Shown here in pieces: positions 46,248-61,101 of a stretch of 64,000 nucleotides of DNA (the stretch's first letter is position 1; every line of letters begins with the position of its first letter). The notes below the pieces were generated by a model that was not told the DNA's origin, did not search any database, and saw only the letters and a program-made list of their open reading frames with translations. This DNA comes from Tubulanus polymorphus. Its lineage: Eukaryota; Animalia; Nemertea. The DNA lies in NCBI RefSeq assembly GCF_964204645.1, contig NC_134032.1, forward strand, positions 6,002,275 to 6,066,274. Reading direction: 5' to 3'. Both the position numbers and the translations under genes were made by a program.

Positions 46248-48900
46248 CTAGCAACGACTGCCGGCAACTGATTAAAACGTTCAGCTGCGCGCTCCGGTTG
46301 CCTACGACCGTTGCTGCAACGCACGATGCAATTGATCACGTGATCTGTTCAAAATAGCGCGCCCATGTTTATCAGCGCGTATTTTTGTTTCCGACTGAAT
46401 ATTTAGTTCAAATATTTCTTGATTTAAGCAAATTAAGCAACGTCTCATTGCGGGGATTCATCAATTCAATTCGATTCAATCTGCTAATGATAAGGCGATA
46501 AAATATTTTGTCGTTTTCGCTCAAAAATCACTTTTTAGAAAACCAGTCGCTGACGATCGCTGCCAGTTGCTCGAATCAGTCGTCCAGCGGCTTATATTAC
46601 ATCATTTTGTATCTATTCTTGCTACTTCAAATTTTGTAATTTAAATCGCGAATAAAACATATACAAATGGTTTTATACATCAGTATGTGTTGGTGAAGTG
46701 ACCAACTGCTAGAACTTTGCGATATAAAAGGCCTTCATTTATGTTAAACTTGTTTTTATTGACTACACAATATGTGGTTACACAATTACATGACGTTTAT
46801 ATATCCAAGCTTATTCATCAACGATTCTATCTCTCCTAGGAACTGGTTGATTGGATGTTGGGTAATTGAATCGGTAGTTAGAATAGCCTAGCTTGAGCAA
46901 GCTTGAATATTTAACATGTGTGATTAATCCTCAACAAAATCTTCACCACTGGAAACAATATGATGATCTATCATTATTTGAATATACACCTGATTTCACA
47001 CACCTGATACTGAAATGTGCCTGGTTACATCAGGGTTTTTCGTTATTCATACGGATAGTACCAAAACCTATCAGTAGTTCCTTAGTTCTTCAAATTCTAG
47101 GGCAGTAAATATTGAACCTGGCCGGTTACTGGCGACCTCACGTTTATCGACTGACTGTGGTTTGATAGTTTGACGATAGGATTTATTTTCTTCTTTGCAA
47201 AATGTTCCCTGCCAAAAATACATAAATAGGCCTCATATCAAAAAATGAGAGCTACAAGGACTTTGTAGCTACATTTAAGTTTAAAGGTTAAAGCTACAAA
47301 ATCGTGCATTAACTTGGTGATAATAGGCAGTTAAACCAAGGCAGCGGGTAGCAAAATGGATCGTAATGTGTTCATAAAAAGTCCCAGTGATTACCACTTG
47401 CTCTTCACTATAATCCATTGCTTCATGAATAGTAGTTGCTTTACAGTGGTACCGAGTCACTGGACAACGCATTGGTCATCAACCAATCAAATGCTGTTTG
47501 CTTACTGTATTCGAGAATGCTCACGAAGTGACGACGTCCGGCTAGGTATATCAAAACGAAGATGTATCAGGATACTGACTTCAAAGCTTCCCAGTTTCGA
47601 AACAAGCCAACCGATATCCATCAAATTAACATTCAACGACCAAGAAGAGAGTACATTTTCACATATATAATGCACACGAATATCCGTGCCGCAAAAACCT
47701 GCATTTTAGGGGTCTGACCGCATTATATCAAAATCCCTGAGTGATAGGATTATGAACTCTACGGCCAATTAAGAAAATATAATGTGATACAGTATCATAC
47801 AAAGAATAGCATAATTCGTCAATCGGGTCTAAATCTGGAGGCACGTACGCACATAGTATTTCATCGTTGTACGTACTAAAATGTTTCGATTTATTGAAAG
47901 AACTAATTGAAATGTGGCTTAAACGGTATTTGGAATAAATCATCAAACAAGTATTTCATGTAGGCGAAAGATTTTCCAGACAAAATCTTTATCCCTGCCA
48001 ATGAAGATGTACGTACGAAAATCCCTTTAACGGATTTTTGCGCGATGCTTTCTAAATAGTTATCCCCCCAAAAGGGCCTCAAAATCTAGAATGCTCTAAA
48101 TGAAATCATCGTTGATATTCATTACGATTTAACATCTAAGACCAAAAAATGATCGTTTCTCTATTAAGGACAGCTGTATGCTCAACAGTGACCTGGCAGG
48201 CAGCATTTTATTTTCATTTTTTTCCTTAAAAAAAGTATGAAATTTGACATATTTTCATCAGGCCGGCCTCTTTTTATTTTATTTAAAGAACAGTCTCCAC
48301 TGAAAACTTTTAAAATAAAGGAATAAAAAGTACAGGATATGGTTTTCAGAAGTTCTTATCGTTTTTCAAATACCATACCATATGAGTAGGTCTATTTTGA
48401 TTGCCAGATGTTGGATCATTCCTACTCTCAAGTTTCCCCAATTTTCGAGGGTACGTCAACTGTTCAACTATTTTTCGAAATAGCTTGATCATAAACTTTA
48501 GGAAAGAGACTCTGCCTAGTTAAGCTGTCAGACCTTGGATCATTCCTTACTACCGTGGTTTTTTTCTCCCGTGGCTACAAAGCATTCTATAGAATAAGCT
48601 TTAGTATCAAAGAAACGCCATTAGAATGGGAAGTTGCCGCGATTCAATCTAGCGAAAATACTAATTAAGTGCTATGAATTAGAAACCCTAAAGTAAATGC
48701 AAATATATTCTCCAAATCCTAGACAAGAATCATGATCAACAGCATGAACCAAATATTAATTACCTTATATCTACAAGCTGAATATGATTTCTAAATCACA
48801 ACTTCAAAAACAATGAATCTTTTTGAGAAACAAGAGTTCAAGTTATGTAATTTTTAGTTTGCCCCGTTTGCTTACTGAAATACACATCATTTTGACCGGA

Positions 48901-49484
48901 AACGCAGTCTCAAATGTTTTGTGACTTTCTCAAAATGTATCAAAAATTTAACTAATTTTTAGTTCATAAGTCCTCAAATATTCATAAATGAACAGTTAAA
49001 AATTGTTGAAACATGTCGACTCTGCCGTAAAATCAACCTATTAACAGTCCGGAATTTGGGATAATATTGGGCTTTAGAGAACATAATGCCCCGAGGTCTT
49101 CACATTTACAGAAAATATTACGTAAGTGATTCACGCGCAGCGCGCGATAGGAGCACAATAGAAATCTGAGCCGCGCGTTCTTTGAGTGTCACCAATTAAG
49201 AGGACCGCTATTGTGAAAATTGACTGCGGGAGGAATGTTCCTCCCAATGTCAATCGATGGAAACTTGACCATGGGGTCCAATATTTTAACAATTGACTTT
49301 GGGAGGAATATTCCTCCCAAGGTCAAACGAAGAGAATTTGACCTTCAGGTCTGATATTCAAAGTATCGACTTCAGGAGGAATGTTCCTCCGAATGTCAAA
49401 CGAAGGAAACTGGACCTGGTCTGTTATTCGAAATATAGACTTTGGGATGAATGTTCTTCCAAACCACTAAACGCTTAAACCTGA
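48901..49484 (+). repeat. dispersed repeat family A, copy 1
   Basis: highly similar inverted copy at ~61102-61778; internal GGGAGGAAT(G/A)TTCCTCCC palindromic units. Confidence 0.9.
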
Positions 49485-50239
49485 GCTTTTAGAATGATAG
49501 GTATATATATATATATATTAATTATATTGGTGTAATAATTGTTTTAATAAGTAGTATACTATAGCGACGACACCAGACATATTTAGGCAATTTGAGTGAT
49601 AATGTACACGGTATTTGAGGGTCTGCGACGAGTGATTTATAGAAAGTTGAATAGCTATAGTGCAGGTTCTAATAATAAGCCTAATATAGTCTTCACATCG
49701 CAATCAGTTGTTAGAATGCATCTTCCTTTTTCTTTACTTGATCTTGAGTCTTTGACTATAATTAACTATAATCAATATTACTTATTTCATTATATAGCGC
49801 ACTGCTGCAAATTGTAATTAGTGTGCTTTGCATGAGTATAAAACTAACACAAGCTGAAAGAATCGAAATTTAAATACGTGGATGATAAAAATCAAGTTAA
49901 AAGGTGTAGGGACGGAGAGATCTGGCGAAAAAAAAAAACAGTAATGGGCGCAAAATGGACCCGTACCTAATCGCCCGACCAAAAACTACGGACCAGACCT
50001 GAGTCAAATTAAGCGTGTTGATTTAAACTGGTTCTGGAAGTCAGTCACTTCGCTTGGTTTAAGTATGGACTCGTTTTAGATTCCATGGTTTAAGCATTGT
50101 TTAGTAACGAATGAATGGGTTTGAATTTGAATGTGAAATGAATTTGAACATGAAAATCTGCGCGCTCTTTGGTAAGCCATGCGTAAAATTTAAGTCGGAC
50201 CTGATTCGAGCCAATTTAGCCCCGACAAATCGTCTCTAT

Positions 50240-50385
50240 AGCTGCGATCACACGTGTATTTTTGGCCAGGGCCAAATTCGAGTGAATGGTTTGCGTGTGA
50301 TCGCGCTGTCTAATTACCAAATTTGGCCCGAACCTGATCGGTGCTTATTTGGCCCGGGCCAAATCGTCTCCGTGTGATCGCGGCT
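50240..50385. mobile_element. PIF/Harbinger-like MITE
   Basis: TIR AGCTGCGATCACACG / CGTGTGATCGCGGCT, 3-bp flanking repeat TAT. Confidence 0.65.
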
Positions 50386-51133
50386 TATGTGGGTCATGAT
50401 TGTTGGGAGCAATCTTTCCCTTTATGTTTGCAAATTAGCCATTGTCCTAGTTTTAACTTCTGATTTGTACCCTGTAGAGGGTTTATATTTCTGTTTGTAA
50501 TCTTTCATAGAAATACGACAGATATCAAATGGAATCTTTGATTAAAGACACTGTAGATCGGTACACACTAATATGTCCATCCATCCGACCTACGAGCGAT
50601 CATCTCATTAATGTGATAATTGCTCGAAAATCCGACAGCTACATTTTGCAACTAGAAATATATTAGATCAGATTCCTAATAATAAAATCATTACTATTAA
50701 GAATATGTTATTGATTATGAATAAATTCAAAATGAAATGACAAAATATATTGCTTTGAATGGCCTTTAGATATTGGATAGGGCGATTTTGAATTATTTTT
50801 GGGGAATTTTATCGAGAAGCTCAAACTCCCTAAGGCGATAAAGTGTTTAAGGCAGATCTTTCCCGATTATGATCCCACCATATGAATTCTCATATATATT
50901 CCCACCTCACGAAACTATTATGTATAAACACCTCACAATTAACGTAATGACTCAGTGACGTCCTGTTGCACAAGCTATATTACACCATGATAAAAAGCCT
51001 ATTATAGTCGAGTAGGATTTCTCGATGTATAAATGCAGGGAGGGTTGGGAGCTTTATGTTCAATAACATTAGGTTCCAATGTTTGCTCTATGGATTTCAA
51101 AATAAAAGAAAAATCTACGTTTAAACGTGATAT

Positions 51134-51545
51134 AACGCGTTCTCAAATGTTTTGATACTTTCTCAGTTTGTATCAAAAATATTGCCGATTTCTGGTCCTT
51201 AAGTCCTGAAAAATGATAAATTTACAGTGTAAAATCGTACAAACGTGTCATCTATACCTCAAAACACTTTATTTCCTGACCAATTTATGATGTTATGTGT
51301 GGGCCATAGACCTCAATATCTGCCTGTGATCTCAACTTTCAATTAAGATTACGTAAGCTACTCGTGCCCAAAACGCGGCAGGCGCACAATAGAAAGAAAG
51401 TTACGCGCAGGGTACTTTTATTGTCGCCGACATAGAGGACCGATATTTTGCTAATTGGATTCGGGAGGTTTAAACCTCCCAAGGTCAATTTACTAAAATT
51501 GTGACCTTCAGGGAGATTCTACGAAAGGCCGATCGTTATCAATTT
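51134..51545 (+). repeat. dispersed repeat family A' (diverged relative of A), copy 1
   Basis: AACGCGTTCTCAAATGTTTTGATACTTTCTCAG...; inverted copy at ~57105-57511. Confidence 0.85.
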
Positions 51546-54500
51546 TGGTTGAACTTGATACCATAATGCTCGCTGGTTTTAATGTCAAACCATGTAGTCC
51601 ATATTTGGTAAGTTGTAAATTACGTAAAACCGAAAGAAAAACCAATTATTGGATCGAGTTTTTCCTAATTACACGAATTACGTGAAATATCTAATAAATG
51701 AAATGTATACACAATACCAATAAGAACAACCTGATTTGATTCTGTTCAGAATTCATTCCTATATTTTCGTCATAAAAATCGGAGGCAGTATTTCTCATTG
51801 ATTTTTTCAATAGCGTCATTTCAGCCATGGACTGTAAAAAAACGTTACTGATTCCGTGGTTAAGCTCGTTTTCGAGTAAAATATTGCATTTGATTCATTT
51901 CTCGTTGTGGTTTTGTCAAAGCTATATTTTCACAGTCCGATCAGTGATACAAATAGCTAGTCAGTTACCAACGGTATAGCCAATAGTCTACAGAACCACC
52001 CGAACAGCGAAAATTAGCAAATTGTACCAGTGATACCAGTTTTTGTCATGATTTTATCGAACATGTCATTCAATAATCGATGTGATCGGGTAAAAACTCG
52101 CCCCGTAAAGGTCCCTTTCAGTAAAAATCCCCTTGTTAAATATACCCCAAGGTAAAGGCCCCAGGTAAAAAACCCGAATAAAGATTTTTTAGTGTCTAGT
52201 TGGATGTTCTTTTCTTGTTCCTCTGTATACCTGTATACCTTCTCTATCAGATAGAAATGTTGTTAACTGCAACTATCCGTTAATCAAACTGTTGAATTAT
52301 ATTTGATAATCGGGAGTGATGAAAAGTTAGGAATGAAAATTAACGGTTTAGCTACTTATATATAGTTTAAAATCATGTGTTCTGCTTTAACAAATGCACT
52401 GTTTTATCTAAAAATATTATCTGACCCGAGTGCCTCAATCACAGTCCATCTCACTGATTACTTCATCACAAATAATCACCAGCCATTGAAATGTTTAATC
52501 CTCATACAATACAATACAATTATCTCAAATCTAAATTTCATGAGATAAATGCCCCTAGATTTCATAGGTTTTATTCCAACTGTTGCGACAGTCATATCAA
52601 AACTGGACCATTCATATCAATAGACGTTAAACTGGACTGTTAATATATGAAAAGTCTTTAAGGCCATATCATATATCTGAAGTGCGCTATGTTTTGCCTT
52701 GCAGTAACAATTTGATTTGTCACATGATTACTCCATATCTTCATATAATTTCCAAATAAACGAATACATTTCCATTGTTATGTTAAATGACATCAGCAAA
52801 AGCAAATAGACACAAACTACTACACTACTGTGTTTAGGATGGTTTAAGAGATTGGACGCCGATTGATACGAAAAGTAGATTTCATGCAATCATTTTCTTT
52901 CTTTAAAATCGTTGCGAATTAACGCGCGAGTGTTCGACTCTGGACGAACGGTTAATAGAATTTTATCGGGTTAGTCTTTCTATAGCCGACTAGCTATTGA
53001 ATACCAGTGATTAAGCCATAAGTAAATAAAGAAGTTACTTGGGATGTTTAATCAATTGATGACAATGTACAAGTAAAACCAGGCCTATGAGACACCCGTA
53101 ATGTAAAATGATATCATGCAAGATATCCATATAAGCGTATTTTAGTCCTGATTTGAATGAATGTACCCACATTTTAGGCAATGAATCGAGACTTGGTTTT
53201 ATCCCATAGCGTCAGCGCTAGTACATGCTTGAGATGAGATTGTTGGTTTATATTTTGAACTCTGTAAAGAAGTTTTGTACATTTAAGCGTGAATGACGCA
53301 CTGTGATGAACTATGTACGAAATACATTATTAAATTCAATGAAAGAATCTTAATGTTCCAAAAGGAATATAAGTGTAGTTAAGATTAATAGTTGTTTTTT
53401 TTTTCTTAATGAAAACCGATGATATAAAATAATTTAGCTTATTATCCCCAAAGTTAAAATCCCCCGGTAAAATATTCCCAATATTTGATTTAACTAACAT
53501 AAAATCAACACAATTTATTATGTTCAAAAAAACTCAACTCATAGATTCAAGATTTTATTGCACTTCTATTAACTGAAGATGATAGTAATGATGTATAGAT
53601 GTATAATATGATGAACGAACGTTTGATGAGGAATAACTACTGTGGTTAGATACAATTCTCATTCTTAGGATACGAATCGGTTGATTGAATTCGGTCGTTG
53701 AAACTACTGGCTAATTTACAGTGGTCACTATTGAAACGATTAATTGAAGTGCCCTTGAAATCAAGATAGATTCCTGTTGCGTAAATTAACTAATTTTTAA
53801 GCGACCACCTTCTATTGTCGGTATTCGGTTAGCTCTTGGTTAGCCAGAGGTTTTACCATACAGACTCGGACTAGATGATTGAATTAAATCTTTGAATCAA
53901 AATATTGTCACTGGAGTAAATATATATTCCTTATTACACTTTCAGCAGTGATCATATTTTACATGTAAATTGAAGGTATTACTGTCATCTAAAGTTAATA
54001 AGGGATTAGAATCGCAAAATTTAAGTTGTTCAAAACCAACATGAAAATGAGAAGAAAATACACAATATCCGTGTATGGTGAATAACGAGACAAATCCCAC
54101 AATGAATTCAGCTAAAAATCAAATGTTCTACGAGCAATGTTTCGGCTAATGCTATTAGCCATCATCAGGCCCCCGTCAACATGAAAATATTGATACGTAA
54201 ATCGAATCCATATCATAAGCATACTATACCACAAGTTAAAAAGAGTTATTTAGTTCGAATTAAAATATAGTAGGAATAAGAATATGAAAAGATAGTATGA
54301 ATAAAAAGTTCATTAATTTCATTTATTCTATGAATTTATTTAAAGATTTATTTCATCAAAAGAGATCAATGCACAGTTAAATATATTGCAGTTGTATTGT
54401 GGATGAATATGTTTGAATAAATATCGTGCTTTCAAATGTTCTTGAAAAATCGCCAAGTGAGGATTTTACCAAGATTTTACCCCAGGCCCTAAATCCAGTA

Positions 54501-57104
54501 GGTTAATGGCGAAAGGTTAAGATTAGGAATGTATTAGCAATATGATTTTTTGAAACAGTATTTTGTCTCCCGATGATTTGATTTGCAGGTCAGACTTATT
54601 GTTGACCAAAGTTCTTAAAGTGAATCGCTTTAAAGTAATAAATATCAATGAAACAATATCATAAATTTTGAAGTGAGTTATTTTGTAATAATCCAATTTA
54701 AGTGCACTCCGATGCATGCTAAATTCTTATAAATTCATTTATAAATTCAATTTATACATTTTCCCTCCTCACTTGTAATTCTATATTAGTTTTACTAATG
54801 AACATAACAGTGACTTGTGCCTAATGTCAATAAGCAGCGATTGGGTGCCGCCTTTCTGTGTTAATCTATCACGAAAGATTTAACTCGATTAGAGCCGCTG
54901 AATACGTATTTCTTTGCAGCCTAGAGTTTATGCATACATGTTCTAAATCAAGACAATATGCTCTATATCAGAGCCTATACTAAAGCATGCACTCATAATT
55001 CGTTGAAGAGTCCGAGGCTTAATTGTGAGAGTTGTTATACAATGAGTAATTAAATGGTGGGATTACAATGGGAGAGATCATTTCATCAGCCACATCGTTG
55101 CCCCAGGGAGTTAGTTATATTCGTTATAGCCAAAATACCTTGACCATGGACTCTAAAACGTCCATGACTTGACAGAATATAGAAATTTGCCCAGAAAAAG
55201 TTATGCATATTCCAACAAAAAAAGAATCAATAAAGACTTATATTATTTGAATTTAAATGAAGAGACGAGTAGTACTTTAAAGGTTAACTATTTATTTCGA
55301 CGCACGAGCTTTCGCTTCTGATGTATAGAAGCTTCAATGAGTGAATTATTAGAATTGGTACATTTAGTAAATTCCGGAAACAAAACCTAGTCTTAAGAAC
55401 TACCATTAACCAAGTTTCAAAGAATTTTGTTCCCTTATGATATTGAATGGTGTGAAATTGAAGTGTCCCTAATGATATATCTTTATGTAAGTTCAACTAA
55501 CTTACCCAGTTAGTGATGATAGTTGAATAATTAACAAAATAATAGTTGGAATATCGTTTAGGACAAATTAGGATTTTACCGGATAAGTTTTTTCCTAATA
55601 GGCTACCTTTTTGAAGAGCATGCATCCTGAGATACGTATACAAAAATTCGTTTGACGCTAAATGCAGAGTTTTCACGGTAGAACATATTTGGACATCAAT
55701 TAATCACGTGAAGGAGATGAAATGACAATTTGTCACTGCTGAGCTTATTTTCCTTCACTGAACTTTTTCTAAGTTTTTTCAATATTCTCTAATCCGACAT
55801 TATATACGCTGCGTACTAACTGTACACAATTTCGGGTTTGGGTTGTTTTTGGAAAAAACAGATTCCCAGAAAATTGTAATTTTTGGGTTCTTGAAAACGG
55901 TCAATATGTTATAGCAGGTTAATGTATAAACCGCATAGAATAGCTACAATAAACAAAATGTATCCAGGAAAATATATATTTCAGAACACGATCGATTTCA
56001 CTGAATTTAGCCTCATCATGTAGGATAAAATGAACTTCTGTTGATATTGCGATTGTGCTGTCGTTAGCTGTCGCATAGCTTATTCGAATCGCTATCGAAA
56101 GTAACAAAACAATGGTCACATGTGTCAATGAACTTATCGCTATTCGAAGTAATGGGCGTATTGAAAAATTTCTCAAGCACTTCGAATTTCCGATTGCTTA
56201 ATCGCCAAATTTGCATTCGAAATATTAAGCCAATCTATTCTAATTCATACCTGGTCGTGTTATAAGCAATTCAAGCGTTTAGTTTGTACTTTAAAATAGA
56301 ATGAAATAGATTTATTGATGAAATACAAAACAAGTCAAACAAACTCAACTAACTGACTACTGCTGAGTTATTTATATTTGATGAAAGAACATATTCTAGT
56401 TACTGACATTGGCTCGCACCTTGATTATTGTCTAAGTTGTACTATAACTTACATGCCAATGGATGTTTGCATGCGCCTCTCTGATTGGCTAGAATCCTTG
56501 CATTCGATAGAAACTGACGGCATCAGTGAACTAACGGGGAAATTAGAATTGTATGTTTGACCACGGATTCTTCGTTTTTGAGTCCATGGTTTTGGCTCTG
56601 GTTTTATCGTGAGTTTGATTAACGTACATTGTAGAGAACAATGGTGGGGATTCGAATAACGTGCATCCTTTATTCAGAAAGAGTATCATTACGTATATAC
56701 ATATAGAAATTAATACAATAACTTTAATCAGAATTATCTCATCACGCAGAACCAGTGAAATAGCCGTTGTAAAGCCGCAAAGTAAATTGAATGAAATTGA
56801 CATAATGTCAACGTCTTACGGTCAACAAATGAAACATATTGTACAATAATGAACGAATCAATGAGTAGTGCTCACGCATTTGTTTCCATTTCATAAGAAT
56901 CAATTCCAAACAGATGAATCAGATTCGAATTTTTGCTTCTTCGTTATGCAAAGTTTTTTTTTTATACCAGGGACTCTTAAACGATTTAGGTTTTAGAGTC
57001 CATGGTTATATGAATATCTTATGATTTCTCAACTTTCATCAAATACTTAGGAATGCCATTGAAAGATTTTCAAACCATTAAACGTTTGGGTAAAAAGTTC
57101 TGCT

Positions 57105-57511
57105 AAATTTGATTACCATCGGCTTTTTAGATAATCTCCACGAAGGTCACAATTTTAGTGATTTGACCTTGGGAGGTTTAAACCTCCCGAATCCAATTTG
57201 CGAAATATCGGTCCTCTATGTCGGCGGTAATGAAAGAATACATAGAGCGAAGTTTCTATTGTGCGCCGGCCGCATTTTGTTCACGAATAGCTTACGTAAT
57301 AAATTGAAAGTCGAGATCACAGGCGGATATAGCGCTCTATGGCCCACGCTCAATTCATAAACTGGTCCGCAAATAAAGTGTTTAGAAGTATAATTGACAC
57401 GTTTGTACGATTTTGCGCTGTAAATTTATCATTTTTCAGGACTCAATGACCAGAAATTGGCAATATTTTTGATACAAACTGAGAAAGTATCAAAACATTT
57501 GGGAACGTGTT
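57105..57511 (-). repeat. dispersed repeat family A', copy 2
   Basis: reverse-complement similarity to 51134-51545. Confidence 0.85.
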
Positions 57512-58664
57512 ATATCTGTTTCATTACTCGTGATATATCGGGGAATCTCTGCAATGAAATTGGACGATTTCAAAAATATTACAAAATGAGCAAATTGCGA
57601 TTCTTAGTGATTTTTGCTAACAGTATGGATTCTAGCGTATACGCGGATTTGTGTGTTATGGATAAGTATCGTAGCGAATAATCAAAGTATCTACTGTAGC
57701 TAGATATGACAATTAAAAATCCCCCAGAATATCTCCTTCAAAATACCTTAATCCGTTCAAAAAAGATAACCTGGTAAAGATTTCCTATGTAGAAATCTAA
57801 AAAATCTAAACCCTACGTAAACATACCCTGGGTAAAAATCCCCCAAATATTCATACTTGGTGATTGTCAAGAACATGTCAAAGCATGATGTTTCTCGAAT
57901 TTGCAATGAGACTGAAATATGTTTGAACTTGAAATCTTTCGTTCTTACGGATAAAATAAATTGTAAGAATTAATAAGAGTAATAAACTTTTATTTGTAAT
58001 ATCTTAAGATTCGAACTGGAATATTTTTGAATTTAAGCTGTGCGATGCCATGAATTATTAGAAATAACGTTCTTTTGATATTAAATATTTTAGATTCAAG
58101 CTAGTGTAATATATTTGAAATGTGCGATGAACCCCTTCACTAAGCTGTGCAATAACTACATGTATATGTACTAATTTAGTATCAATGAAAGGTTAATTTG
58201 TAGTATGTTTTAATTTAAATAGCATAGTTTGTATGGGCATATTGATATCCTTACGGTGTTCGACAGTAAAATATGAATAAATTGGATATACGTATCAATA
58301 ATACGAATTAATTGACCTTAAGATTGTATCTACTTATAATCCCTTCAAAGGGAGGGGATTACCTAATTTGAAGAATTGGGGATTTTTACCGAGGGGATTT
58401 TTACTCGCTTACTTAGATGTTTTGAATTATTGACTTAGTTATTTTATTAAGTTTAAGTTAATCACTAGTAAGTTTATTCATTGACCACTTGCATGATAGT
58501 TCTCGATATATTCATTATATGCAATGAAATGAAATGTAAGTTCATCACATTTCTGAATTCATTAATACCGATTTTAATTGTTTTAAGCCCCATGAAAAAT
58601 ATGTGATGTCATTATATTGAAAGCTTAATGTTTTATTAACATTGGCAGTAGTTCTCATAGATTT

Positions 58665-58797
58665 TCCTTGGCCTTTTTTTCCGTGGCCATTTAAACCTTG
58701 GCCATTTTTTCCTGGACAAATTACCTTGGCCATTTTTTCCTTGGCCATTCTTTCCTGGCCATTTTTCCTTGGCCATTTTTCCTTGGCCATTTTTCCA
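58665..58797. repeat. ~15-bp tandem repeat (CCTTGGCCATTTTTT)
   Basis: about 8-9 imperfect units. Confidence 0.85.
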
Positions 58798-61101
58798 ACA
58801 TTCTGGGTTTTTTTTACAACTAACCCTTAGCAATGCACTGTAATGAACAATTTACTTTGTTTTGCTAAATTAACTACTTGTAATCAATTCACTATAGAAC
58901 TGTGGTCGATCCTAACAAAGAGTCCGGCGTGCTATTCTAAACTTCAGTGGACAAAAATCTCTTTCTAAAAATTATATTGCTAAGATATTCTTAGTCTTCA
59001 TCCTTCAGCATGAACTCTAGGCCTGAATATATTTCGGATTCATTAAATGGTATCATGTGTGTGTAGAACGTTTGGGCGAAGGTATTATCCCCCTGGATCA
59101 CGCGTAAAACAAACAGAAAACATCTTTTCATACATAGGTCATCGCATTATAGAAATTGAACTGATGACAAGTTGTATTAAATCTCTATAGATCAAACACT
59201 TTTAAGGAAAATGCATTATGTGTGTTGTTTCTATATAACTACTATCGACTTTGCGCCTCGGGCTCAGTCAACTCGCCATCTTCATGATTGAAATATTTGA
59301 TTCGGCAGTCCTATCAAAAGTGGCGTAAATTCATACAAGCGAATAATTTGTTGTTTCCAAAGGTTTTTGTTACCGGCTCGTCTACACGGTAATGGTCGAA
59401 ATTCCCCGGTAAAAATCCCCTAAGAATACCAATTAAAGAGCTTATGATTTGCTGCCGCTGGTATGTTTTCGTTTGTATTGCAAAATTAAGTCCAAAATAA
59501 CTGGAATCGTTTTAAAGGATTTCTGTGAAAATTTTCAATTTTTCTCCACACGTCAACAAGTGCCTTTCAAATCAAGATCGATTATTTTACCAGTGCGATA
59601 ACTTTTAGTATTAGTTTAGTACTAATGAAGTATTTCAATCTTTGGATAAACGTTGGAAAAATGGCAAGGGGAAAATTGCCGCTAAATAAACATTAGAATT
59701 TGCAAGTTTTGTAATAACTTTGAATTGTTAAATTTTACTGGACATTGGTGTATGCTGAATATCACGAACAACGAAACATATATCTCATAAAAACGTTGAT
59801 TGTCTTTTTCAACTTTCATCATTTCAATAACAATCAATCGATTTTTAAGTCGATTTGATTACCAGGATAGCGACTATATGCGTTTGTGCTTTTAATCAAC
59901 TAGTTTCCGAATCCGTGGTATGTCAATCAAATAATAATTTTTAAGTCGAGAAAAAGTAAGATGCATTCTATCAACTAATTTCAATGTAAAGACTATAATG
60001 CTTCCTATATGAATCAATACTAAATCATTCATACCGCAGGCCACTTAATCTTAAGCTTGATTGTGAGAGGTGTTTAAACATAATGGTCACATGAGTAATT
60101 AAATGGTTGTGTCACAAAGGGAGAAATCTGCCTTAGACATAACATCCCGATATCTGGAGTTCTGGGCTTAGTAACGCATGTTTAGAATGAATTTTATCCA
60201 ATATTTTTGTAACATAATGTTTTCTCTCTGCAAATTCCCGACGTTTTCTGGGTGCTAACGTTCAGTGGCTAGTAGGCTGGATTGTATTTTCCCTTATTTC
60301 ATAGATCTCCATGCATATAAACTTGAACTGAACTGAATGGGAACTGAGTTCGGTTAGGAGTAAAAACCTCCTTATCAACTCCTATTTCTGAATTGTATAT
60401 AAAGGAGTGAAGAAAGAAACAAACCCTCATACCGAATACACTTTTACGTATAAATGAGAATAATGCCCACTAGGACAATGGCTAATTTGCGACCGTAAAT
60501 GAAAGAAATACGACTCGAATAATTTTCTTTTATCATGCGTGACACGCGAATCTCCTATTAACGCTAGTAATGAGAGAAGAATCCACACGAATGAAATGTA
60601 TCAGCTTCATAATGATCTTTAATCCTTGAATGACCATTCTTAATTAACACAAAACACTTAATATAAATGATTTGTATCGATTACTATAGAATTTCCATTA
60701 AAAGAATGCATTTATCAAATTACGTCCATAGACTCTGAAAATGAACCTTTAAACCCGTAAATTAGCTAAACTCGTGCCGTTAAGCTATTTAGATTTATCG
60801 CAGTCTAGTGAAAATTTGTAAGCAGTCCTAATATATTCCCTGTATAATCAAAACTTAATTTCTATGTTATGCACGTGTTTTAATTACGATTTCCCCTCTA
60901 CATGTTTATCGGGAAGGGCCTGATTACAATCTGATTACAATTGATTGTCAATCTATTTAGTTTTCTAAAATTGTATGTATGTCTCATACCGTCTCATTAC
61001 CTCGAACACTGTGTATCGTATCACTCGAAATTCATAAATCTACCTGGCTTTATGGCTTTAAAAAAACTAATTACACCCAAAACACCTATCTTTCTAAAAT
61101 T

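Noticed and set aside
35299-46593. Harbinger-like MITE as the Gypsy target
   Set aside because: Putative ends (AGGTCGCTTAC / CCAGCGGCTT) match too loosely to call
58545-58833. ORFs with KNGQG / WPFF repeats
   Set aside because: Translations of a 15-bp tandem repeat
46600-61000. Short 60-104 aa ORFs as host genes
   Set aside because: No domains, many start at non-ATG codons or overlap repeats; expected by chance
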